Source of the DNA: an uncultured Deinococcales bacterium
Lineage (GTDB): Bacteria > Deinococcota > Deinococci > Deinococcales > JAAFIG01
Reading direction: 5' to 3'
DNA length: 17,799 nucleotides
Assembly: GCA_964247135.1 (NCBI GenBank)
Contig: CAXTTL010000085.1
Span: 1-17,799 of the forward strand
Of this stretch, positions 7,722-15,275 are shown piece after piece. The notes under the pieces are model-generated. The model saw nothing but the letters and a program-made list of their open reading frames with translations, was not told where the DNA came from and searched no databases. Every line of letters begins with the position of its first letter. The stretch's first letter is position 1. A program made the position numbers and the translations under genes.

Positions 7722-8540
7722 TCAGTTTTGGACTGGCGGTTTGATGATCGGTTTTTTAACTTTCATCTCGTCGTTGTAGGCAATCTTGGTGTGATCCCCC
7801 TCGAGCGTTGCCCTGAAACTGGTTTTGTCTGCTCGGGCGAAGCGCTCGGTGTACTCGAAGACCTGGTTTTTTTCGTTGCTGATGATGCGTTGCGTGTACA
7901 AAATCGGTGCGCCGCTTTTAATGTCGAGTAGCCGCGCCAGCCAAGGTTCGGCTTTGATGGCTTCGATGATTTCTTCGCCGTGAACGAATTTTAAACCGTA
8001 TTTGACTTTCAAAATCTCGTACAGCGATCCCGTCAAATCCTGCTCGAGAATCCCTGGGGTCAGGGCGTAATTCAGGTGCGTGCGCTCGAGCATCAGGGGT
8101 TGATCGTCCACAAAACGCAATCGCAAGGTGACCGCCATGATGCTGTTCTTGGACATTTTCAGCACCCGAGCGCCGCGTCCAAGGGCTGGCTCGAGCACGC
8201 CCGAAATCAGTTTGGTGGTCGTCTCGAAGCCGGCTTGACGCATGTCTTCGGTGAATCCTTTGACCATGCTGAGGGGCTGTTCGACTTTGGCTGGCGCTGG
8301 GAACGTACCGCGTCCCTGTTGGCGCACCAACCAACCGTCCGCCTCCAGCGCTTGCAAGGCTTGACGCACGGTGGCTCGAGAGAGTTGCAACGCCTCGCTG
8401 AGGTCACGTTCGCTGGGCAGCGGCGTTTCGGCGTCCCATTCGCCGTGCTGCAAGGTTTGACCGATGGCGTCCCGAAGCTGCTTGTACAGCGGAATCAAAG
8501 AATTTTTGTCAAGTCGGTACAACGCGCCAGGAAGTTTCAT
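7722..8540 (-). CDS. GntR family (HutC/UTRA) transcriptional regulator
   Basis: wHTH PLYKQL...LPSERDLSEALQLSRATVRQALQALEADGWLVRQQGRGTF followed by a UTRA domain (GFTEDM, SLYEIL). SD GAGAGG lies 5 nt before ATG 8540 (alternative TTG 8543). Confidence 0.95.
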   Translation of the reverse strand: MKLPGALYRLDKNSLIPLYKQLRDAIGQTLQHGEWDAETPLPSERDLSEALQLSRATVRQALQALEADGWLVRQQGRGTFPAPAKVEQPLSMVKGFTEDMRQAGFETTTKLISGVLEPALGRGARVLKMSKNSIMAVTLRLRFVDDQPLMLERTHLNYALTPGILEQDLTGSLYEILKVKYGLKFVHGEEIIEAIKAEPWLARLLDIKSGAPILYTQRIISNEKNQVFEYTERFARADKTSFRATLEGDHTKIAYNDEMKVKKPIIKPPVQN

Positions 8541-8555
8541 CAAAGCCTCTCAAGT

Positions 8556-8591
8556 TAATGGTTCGTACCATTATGCTCGAGGTGGAGACCA
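8556..8591. promoter_or_regulatory. Putative GntR/HutC operator pair in the divergent gntR-MFS intergenic region
   Basis: Perfect inverted repeat TAATGGT-TCGT-ACCATTA (8556-8573) and a weaker GGT-GGAG-ACC (8581-8590). The TGGT-N4-ACCA geometry matches DasR/NagR-type boxes. Confidence 0.6.
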
Positions 8592-8604
8592 AAATACAAA
8601 CCCG

Positions 8605-9906
8605 ATGGCAGGTTTTGACGCATACAGTTCATCAATCGTGCCGTCTGGTAATCTCGAGCATGGCAAGATTACTGTGAATCCCGAGACTTCCGAACTGAAT
8701 CCCGCATCTCGAGCGCGAGCCTTGTACGTCCTGCTCGCCGCCACGTTCTTGATGTGGGGCGGTTTTTTCATGGTCATCCCATTGATTGGGCTGCACTTCA
8801 TCAACGACCTGGGTTGGGCTGCCTCGAGCATCGGTTTGATTCTGGCGGTGCGCCAATTTACCCAGCAGGGTTTGACCGTGTTCGGCGGGGCGCTGGCAGA
8901 CCGTGTGGGGGTTCGCGTTTTGATCCTCTCGGGCTTGCTGGTGCGCAGCATCGGTTTTGCCCTGATGGGTTTCGCCACCAATTTTGTGACTTTAATGCTG
9001 GCGAGTTTGCTGGCTGCCCTGGGCGGCGCGTTGTTCGATGCGCCGCGCAACGCCGCCATCGCCGCCTTGACCGAAGACAGTAACCGTGCCAAGTTTTATG
9101 CGCTCGGCGGTGTGATCGGAAACTTGGGTATGACGATTGGACCGCTGCTCGGCACGTTGCTGTTCAAAACCGGTTTCACCACCGTCGCCCTGGTCAGCGC
9201 CGGATGTTACGTCTTAACCCTGTTGCTGACCAGCATTTTCTTGCCCAACGTCAAAACCTCTGGCGACAGCAACCCGAACAAACCCCTGGCAGGCTTGGGC
9301 GTGGTCTTTGGGGACTCGAGGTTCGTGCTGTTCACCGTGTTTTTGATGGGTTACTGGTTGATGTGGTCGCAATTTAGCATCGCCATTTCGCTGGCGGCGG
9401 TGGCGGTGGCACACAGCAAAGACGCCGTCAGTTGGGTCTACACCCTGAATGCTTTGATGAGCGTGTTCTTGCAATACCCAGTCTCGAGGTTTCTGGCGGG
9501 CAGGGTTAGACCCATGCAAGCCGTGGTGATCGGCATGGGCGTCATGGCAATCGGCATTGGCAGTCTGGCTTTTGCTGGCAACATCGTCCTGTTTCTCTCG
9601 AGTTTGGTGGTTCTCAGCTTTGGCGGGGTGATCGCCACGCCGAGCGTTCAAACCACCACCGCCGAACTCGCCAACCCAAGACTGCTCGGCAGTTATTTTG
9701 GCGTCAATGCCCTGTCGTTGGCGGTTGGTGGAGGGCTGGGCAACTTGGTCGGCGGCACGCTCTACCAGACCAGTTTGCAACTCGAGAAACCTTGGCTGCC
9801 ATGGGTGGTCTTCGCTGGGGTCGGATTTTTATGCACGGTTGGTCTGGCGTTTTTGAATGCTCGGATTTCAGTGCAGCAGCAACGCGCCAACCAGACCAGT
9901 CAGTAA
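8605..9906 (+). CDS. mdtH: MFS transporter, MdtH-like
   Basis: About 12 TM segments; motifs LAVRQFTQQGLTVFGGALADRVG, LFDAPR, GSYFG resemble MdtH. Start is uncertain (ATG 8605 or GTG 8674); the track start 8464 overlaps gntR. Confidence 0.8.
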   Translation: MAGFDAYSSSIVPSGNLEHGKITVNPETSELNPASRARALYVLLAATFLMWGGFFMVIPLIGLHFINDLGWAASSIGLILAVRQFTQQGLTVFGGALADRVGVRVLILSGLLVRSIGFALMGFATNFVTLMLASLLAALGGALFDAPRNAAIAALTEDSNRAKFYALGGVIGNLGMTIGPLLGTLLFKTGFTTVALVSAGCYVLTLLLTSIFLPNVKTSGDSNPNKPLAGLGVVFGDSRFVLFTVFLMGYWLMWSQFSIAISLAAVAVAHSKDAVSWVYTLNALMSVFLQYPVSRFLAGRVRPMQAVVIGMGVMAIGIGSLAFAGNIVLFLSSLVVLSFGGVIATPSVQTTTAELANPRLLGSYFGVNALSLAVGGGLGNLVGGTLYQTSLQLEKPWLPWVVFAGVGFLCTVGLAFLNARISVQQQRANQTSQ

Positions 9907-10407
9907 AATCACCAGCATCGTGCTCGAGCGCTTGGTGTAAATCACAAAGGCTGCCAAAATTGTCAAAACCCCAGCAACAATCGCCGTTTGCAGATTCAAA
10001 CTCGAGAATGCCGCACGGGTCAAACTGAGCACGCCACCCGCCGAAAGACCCAAACCGATTGGCAGCAACGCTCCGCGAATCGCCCAAGACCACTTTGAGC
10101 GCTTTAATCGTTCCCAAACTCGAGCCAGTGCCGCAGAAGCGATTGCTCCAGGCAAAAACATGCCCAAAAAACCCGCAAAAGCCCCCGCCAGACCCGCCAC
10201 ACGAAACCCGTAAAACATCATGGCGAGCATGTTCGGTCCCGGCACGAACTGCCCGAGCGCGAAACCATCGGTGAATTCTCGGGTGGTCAGCCAATGGCGT
10301 TCGGTCACCAAGGAACGCGACATTTCCGAGAGCATGGCGACCCCACCACCGAAGCTGAGGATGCCGTAGCGCAGAAACTCGAGCAGCACCGTGAAAAAAT
10401 CAGGCAT
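9868..10407 (-). CDS. chrA: Short-chain chromate transporter (CHR), second subunit
   Basis: SFGGG, WLTTREFTDGFALGQFVPGPN. Overlaps the upstream partner by 8 bp and the convergent MFS 3' end by 39 bp. Confidence 0.9.
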   Translation of the reverse strand: MPDFFTVLLEFLRYGILSFGGGVAMLSEMSRSLVTERHWLTTREFTDGFALGQFVPGPNMLAMMFYGFRVAGLAGAFAGFLGMFLPGAIASAALARVWERLKRSKWSWAIRGALLPIGLGLSAGGVLSLTRAAFSSLNLQTAIVAGVLTILAAFVIYTKRSSTMLVILLTGLVGALLLH

Positions 10408-10942
10408 CGGGTTTCGCGTTCCAATTCAGGGCAATGCCGAGCGGCAGCAAGACCAGCAAGACCCACAGGATTGGCAGGTGAAGCACGCCGTTTGCCACGA
10501 ACGCCGCAAGGGCAATCAAGGGCGCTCCAATGGATTTCAGACCAGGCGGCGCGACCCGCGCCAGTGTTGCCAGCGAAATGCCCACCGCACCCGCCGCCAC
10601 GCCCGTGAGCGCCCCTGTGACCACAGGACTCGAGAATTCCCGAACCGCAAAATATGCAAAACTCAACCCCAAAATTGCCAGCATTCCAGGCAGGCACACG
10701 CCAACGAACGCCGCGATTGCCCCTCGGGTGCCGCGCAGGTGCATTCCGATGTGCGCGGCGAAATTGGCAAAAATAGGACCTGGAAGTAACTGGCTTAAAC
10801 TTAAACCCTCGAGAAATTCGGCTTCGGTCAACCAGCCGCGACGCGCGACGATGTGGTTGTGAATGTGGGCGCTGCCGCCGCCGCCAAAGGCACTCGCGCC
10901 GACGATCACAAACGCCTTAAAAATCTCAAAGCTTGAAGGCAT
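10400..10942 (-). CDS. chrA: Short-chain chromate transporter (CHR), first subunit
   Basis: AFGGG, WLTEAEFLEGLSLSQLLPGP. Start set at ATG 10942 (MPSSFEIF), with TATGCT 5 nt upstream; the longer ORF start only reads through the tandem repeat. Confidence 0.9.
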   Translation of the reverse strand: MPSSFEIFKAFVIVGASAFGGGGSAHIHNHIVARRGWLTEAEFLEGLSLSQLLPGPIFANFAAHIGMHLRGTRGAIAAFVGVCLPGMLAILGLSFAYFAVREFSSPVVTGALTGVAAGAVGISLATLARVAPPGLKSIGAPLIALAAFVANGVLHLPILWVLLVLLPLGIALNWNAKPDA

Positions 10943-10979
10943 AGCCCAGCATACGAGAATCAAGCGCTGGAAAACCGTA

Positions 10980-11067
10980 CCGCTCGGGTGACGGGTTCGA
11001 GTCCCGCTCGGGTGACGGGTTCGAGTCCCGCTCGGGTGACGGGTTCGAGTCCCGCTCGGGTGACGGG
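10980..11067. repeat. Perfect 24-bp tandem repeat, about 3.7 copies
   Basis: CCGCTCGGGTGACGGGTTCGAGTC at 10980-11003, 11004-11027 and 11028-11051, plus a 16-bp partial copy at 11052-11067. Confidence 0.95.
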
Positions 11068-11101
11068 CATTCAACGGCTCAGGCATGTCAAACTGCGGAA
11101 C

Positions 11102-12577
11102 GTGCGCCTTGTGACCCTAGCGAACATCAACCTTTCTTTAAACGCAAAACCCGTTTTGCACAACATCAATTTCACCTTGCTCGAGCATCAATGTTGGGCG
11201 ATTCTGGGCGCGAACGGTGCGGGCAAAAGTTCGCTGTTAAAGCTTGTGCGCGGCGATTTGTGGCATAACCCCAATGAGGGAACGCGAAGGTATTTTTTCA
11301 CCGACCCACCGCGCGAAAGCCCAATCGGCGCGAAAGAACAAATCGCCTTCGTCAGTCCAGAATTGCAAGACCGTTACGCCAGACTCGAGCTGTGGGTGAC
11401 GGGCGTGGACGTGGTGCGGTCGGGATTCGAGCAAACCGATTTTGTCCACACGGCACTGTTGCCAGATCAAGAAGCTCGAGTTCAAAAACTTCTGCACGAT
11501 TTTCAACTCGAGCCTTTGCGCGACAAACCCGTGTTGGAGATGAGCAAAGGGCAATTGCGCCGTATTTTGTTGGCTCGAGCACTTGTCAGCAACCCCAGGG
11601 TCTTGATGCTCGACGAGTGCTTTTCTGGGGTTGATCCAGAATCAAAAAAACACCTCATGCAAGTTGTGAACGATACGGCTCGAGCTGGCTTGACCGTGCT
11701 TTATACCACCCACCGAGCAGAGGAAAAACTCGAGTTCACCACCCACGAACTCAAACTCGAGCGCGGCAGAATCGTTGAAGAATTTCAAACCGTCAAGCCA
11801 ACCAAACCACGCCGTGCCAAAGCTCGAGCGTCCAAAAAATCGGTGCCATTGATCGAAGTACAACACGCCAACGTCTACCTGGGCAATCCTGTCGGCAGTG
11901 AAACCTCGCCGGACGGTTCGGGCGAACCCAGCAAAAAACTGGTGCTCGAGAACATCAACCTGACCATCTCGAGTGCGGAACACTGGGCGATTGTGGGGCA
12001 CAACGGCGCTGGAAAAAGCACCCTCTCCAAACTGCTGCTGGGCGAACTCGAGCCTGCGCTTGGCGGCACGGTCAAACGTTTTGGTTTGACTCAAATGCCC
12101 ATCTGGGAGCGTCAAGCCCGAATCGGTCTGATCTCGAGCGACACCCAAGTTCGGCATCGCGTGAATGCAAGCGGCGAAACGGTTGTTGCCAGCGGTTTTT
12201 TTGGCAGCGTCGGCTGGACATATCCGCTCGAGAAAGCCCAAAAAAACAGGGTTGCCGAACTGCTCGAAAAACTCGAGATCACGCATTTGGCACAAAAATC
12301 GGCGCTCGAGACTTCACACGGCGAACTGAAAAAATTGCTGATTGCCAGAAGTTTGGTGACACATCCCGACATCGTGATTCTGGATGAGGCGTTTGATTAC
12401 CTCGACGCACACTCGAGAAACCTGTTGTTTGAACTGATCGAATCCGAAGCTGACCGCACGCAATTTGTCACGGTGGCGCACCGACCCGAGGACATTCCGA
12501 AACTCAGCACCCACGCTTTAAGGCTCGAGGTTGGACGCATCACGTTTTGTGGGAAGATTGAGAATCTGAAGTTCTGA
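11102..12577 (+). CDS. modF: Tandem-domain ABC ATPase, ModF-like
   Basis: Two NBDs: GANGAGKS / MSKGQ / LMLDE and GHNGAGKS / TSHGE / VILDE, plus IAFVSPELQ and VVASGFFGSVG. Start placed at GTG 11102, after the repeat. Confidence 0.8.
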   Translation: MRLVTLANINLSLNAKPVLHNINFTLLEHQCWAILGANGAGKSSLLKLVRGDLWHNPNEGTRRYFFTDPPRESPIGAKEQIAFVSPELQDRYARLELWVTGVDVVRSGFEQTDFVHTALLPDQEARVQKLLHDFQLEPLRDKPVLEMSKGQLRRILLARALVSNPRVLMLDECFSGVDPESKKHLMQVVNDTARAGLTVLYTTHRAEEKLEFTTHELKLERGRIVEEFQTVKPTKPRRAKARASKKSVPLIEVQHANVYLGNPVGSETSPDGSGEPSKKLVLENINLTISSAEHWAIVGHNGAGKSTLSKLLLGELEPALGGTVKRFGLTQMPIWERQARIGLISSDTQVRHRVNASGETVVASGFFGSVGWTYPLEKAQKNRVAELLEKLEITHLAQKSALETSHGELKKLLIARSLVTHPDIVILDEAFDYLDAHSRNLLFELIESEADRTQFVTVAHRPEDIPKLSTHALRLEVGRITFCGKIENLKF

Positions 12578-12649
12578 ACGAACAATCCAGCCCTGCTCAT
12601 GGTGACCTGACGCACCCGAAGTACAATTCTAAAATCAGGAGGATGTGTT

Positions 12650-14158
12650 GTGACTCGAGTGTTCAGATTGATCTTGGTTTTGGCAATTCTGGGTTCGGCG
12701 GCGTATGCCATGCGAAATTTGTTTGTTGCAGGCGAAACTCGCAGCTTGCACGCCCACACCTCGAGTCCGTTGCTGGCGGCTTCCAACATCCCGCCCTTGC
12801 TCGATTACATCCCCAATTACTACCAGCACGTCAAACCAATTCTCGAGGCAAACTGCCTGACCTGCCATCTCGAGAACGGCATTGCACCGTTTAAACTGAC
12901 CGATGCCGCCAGCGCCGTACAATTCTCGCGCAGCATTTATATTGCCACCCGCGACAAACGAATGCCGCCCTGGATGCCAGGTGGCGAAAGCCCAGCCTTT
13001 CATCACGCCCGAAGACTCTCGAGTGAAGAGATTGCGATTCTGGCAAACTGGTCTTGGTCTGGCGCTCCGCTCGGCAACTCTGAAAATGCCAAGACTGCCA
13101 CGCCACTCGAGACGCCCGTCAACATCCGCAATGACCTTCAACTCGAGCCTGGATACGATTTTTCGCCCAATGCCCAACTCTCAGACGAGTACCGTTGTTT
13201 CACCCTCGACCCGAAATTTGACACGGATCGTTTTGTCACGGGTTACGACATCCTGCCAGGCAACCGCAAACTCGTGCATCACGTGCTGGTGTACGAACTT
13301 CCCGCAGGCATGATTTCGCAAGTTACGCAGCGCGAACGCGAAGAAAACGACGCTCGAGGTGGTTACACCTGCTTTGGAGGACCCAGACTCTCGAGTTCAT
13401 TGCCTTTGCTGGGCGCGTGGGTTCCTGGCAGCAGCGCCACCAAATTCCCTGCTGGCACTGCCGCCAAAGTGCGCGGCGGCTCGAGGTTATTGATGCAAGT
13501 GCATTACAACCTGTTTAACGGCACGGGCACAGACCAAACCACTTTAAAGCTCGAGCTTGGAGAAGTTGGTCAAAACTTTAAAACCCTGCTCAATTTTGGA
13601 CCTACCGCCCCAGTCGAAATTCCCTGCCCGAGAGATTATCCCAGCGACCTGAACGACCCTTGCAACCGCAGCGCCGCTTATGCCCGCGTGCTGGCACTCA
13701 ACAACTCTGGTGGCAACCAACGCCGCCGTGACGGACGAATCCTCGAGCAATGCCGCAAAAACCTTGACGATTACTTGACCCCCCGTGACCGAAGCGAAAT
13801 CAAAACCTCCTGCGATTACCCCGTGCCACCCGTGCAACTCGAGATTCGCGGGATTGCCGGACACATGCACTACCTGGGCAAAAACATCAAAGTCGAAATC
13901 AACCCCGACAATCCTGAAAAACGCAAAGTCCTGCTCGAGATTCCGCGCTGGGATTTTCACTGGCAGGGGTTTTACTGGCTCAAAACGCCGGTCATTGTCA
14001 ACCCAGGCGATACGGTGCGGATCAGTTGCACGTTTGATAACAGCCAGAAAAACCAACCGTACTTGAACGGTGAACAGCAAAAACCGCGTTACATTGTTTG
14101 GGGCGAAAGCACGGGCGAGGAAATGTGTTTGAGTTTTATTCAAGCGACGATTAAATAA
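12650..14158 (+). CDS. Exported heme c (CxxCH) plus type II copper monooxygenase (PHM/DBH-like) protein
   Basis: N-terminal signal/anchor, ILEANCLTCH, RMPPW, Cu-ligand motifs VHHVLVY, GHMHYLG and EEMCLSF, and WDFHWQ. SD AGGAGG at 12637-12642 and TACAAT at 12622-12627. Confidence 0.85.
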   Translation: MTRVFRLILVLAILGSAAYAMRNLFVAGETRSLHAHTSSPLLAASNIPPLLDYIPNYYQHVKPILEANCLTCHLENGIAPFKLTDAASAVQFSRSIYIATRDKRMPPWMPGGESPAFHHARRLSSEEIAILANWSWSGAPLGNSENAKTATPLETPVNIRNDLQLEPGYDFSPNAQLSDEYRCFTLDPKFDTDRFVTGYDILPGNRKLVHHVLVYELPAGMISQVTQREREENDARGGYTCFGGPRLSSSLPLLGAWVPGSSATKFPAGTAAKVRGGSRLLMQVHYNLFNGTGTDQTTLKLELGEVGQNFKTLLNFGPTAPVEIPCPRDYPSDLNDPCNRSAAYARVLALNNSGGNQRRRDGRILEQCRKNLDDYLTPRDRSEIKTSCDYPVPPVQLEIRGIAGHMHYLGKNIKVEINPDNPEKRKVLLEIPRWDFHWQGFYWLKTPVIVNPGDTVRISCTFDNSQKNQPYLNGEQQKPRYIVWGESTGEEMCLSFIQATIK

Positions 14159-14192
14159 GGCTCGAGATTTTAGATTCAGGTAGAGTTGATGT

Positions 14193-14702
14193 ATGGCAGC
14201 ATTTCACCCAGACGAATGGCAAAAGTTTGATTATCAGCTTTTGAGGAACAGTCCAGTGACTCTTTACCATCGTTTGGAAGTTTTGGATCAAGTTTTATTG
14301 CAGTTGAAAACAGAGGGTTACACAATTGACGAGTTGGATTGTTCCACTTGGAAATCGGAGGTGGATTTTCATAGAGATATTGCCAAATGTCTCGAGTTTC
14401 CAGATTATTATGGTCAAAACCTGGATGCTTTCAATGACTGCATGAAGGACATCGAAGTTCCAGATTTGGGTGGAAGAATTATTGTGCTTCGGAAGTTTGA
14501 TTCATTCGCACGGCATGAACCAGAAGTTGCGCAAAGCGTGTTGGATATTTTGGCAAGAAGCTCATGGCGTTTTTTGCTAATGGGACAACGACTCATGACT
14601 CTTGTGCAGTCTGATGACCCTCGTATTGCCTTTGATCGGGTCGGAGCACACCCTGTCAGATGGAATCCACAGGAATGGTTGAACAAAAATCGAGGATTGT
14701 GA
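14193..14702 (+). CDS. Barstar-family (RNase inhibitor/immunity) protein
   Basis: LDCSTWKSEVDFHRDIAKCLEFPDYYGQNLDAFNDCM matches the barstar motif FPxYYGxNLDAxxD. TAGAGT lies 6 nt before the ATG. Confidence 0.85.
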   Translation: MAAFHPDEWQKFDYQLLRNSPVTLYHRLEVLDQVLLQLKTEGYTIDELDCSTWKSEVDFHRDIAKCLEFPDYYGQNLDAFNDCMKDIEVPDLGGRIIVLRKFDSFARHEPEVAQSVLDILARSSWRFLLMGQRLMTLVQSDDPRIAFDRVGAHPVRWNPQEWLNKNRGL

Positions 14703-14750
14703 AAAATCCCTGTGTTGGTGAGCGCATATTCATGAATCATGAATAAACTT

Positions 14751-15275
14751 TTATCTCGAGATTCGGTTTTTCACAGCCCACATCAAAACCCCTTCAACCC
14801 TTACGCCCTCGAGTTCAGCCTCAACACAATCCACAGTTTCAAGCTCGAGTGTGGATAACCCGTTCAATGCTGGCTCCAGTCGGTCTGCGAGCGTGTTGGC
14901 GTTGTCGATTTGCAGTCCCGCGAAGCTCGAGCCGTCCGTAAAAACGTAGACTTTTAAATCATCTAAAATTTCACTCTCGAGCGCTTCGAGTTGTTCGCGC
15001 CCAGCAATCTCGAGGTAGAGTCTGCCGCGTCCACCCATGCCCTCACTTCGGTAGTCGATGGTCATTTGCGGACGGTCACTTGTGGGTGCTGCTCGAGTTT
15101 CTAAAACTTGATTCGCAAGTTGCTCGAGAGCATTTCTAATCTCGAGCATTTCAGTTTCGGTCAGATCATCCGAAACTGCATTCAAAGTAAATTCTCGCTC
15201 GAGTGCAGTTACCGCAAAAGCACTTGGTTTCACTCGAGCAATCATTTCAAGCCATTGTGCGGTGTTGCGTTTCAA
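14751..15275 (-). CDS. Hypothetical acidic protein
   Basis: 174-aa ORF whose TTG start overlaps the TGA stop of the upstream AGPS-like gene by 4 nt; no recognisable motif. Confidence 0.65.
   Translation of the reverse strand: MKRNTAQWLEMIARVKPSAFAVTALEREFTLNAVSDDLTETEMLEIRNALEQLANQVLETRAAPTSDRPQMTIDYRSEGMGGRGRLYLEIAGREQLEALESEILDDLKVYVFTDGSSFAGLQIDNANTLADRLEPALNGLSTLELETVDCVEAELEGVRVEGVLMWAVKNRISR

Noticed and set aside
7493-7744. Short ORFs across the convergent intergenic region
   Set aside because: They run through the repeat array and hairpin and show no coding features.
8464-8604. Extended MFS N-terminus from ATG 8464
   Set aside because: It would overlap the divergent gntR start and the operator region.
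10980-11067. tRNA gene or CRISPR array
   Set aside because: Only a T-arm-like motif is present, with no D arm, anticodon arm or acceptor stem. Copies are identical and have no spacers.
10943-11101. Repetitive N-terminal extensions of the chrA (RHPSGTRT) and ABC ATPase (TGSSPARV) ORFs
   Set aside because: Artefact of a stop-free 24-bp repeat. Better starts exist at 10942 and 11102, and the two extensions would overlap head to head.
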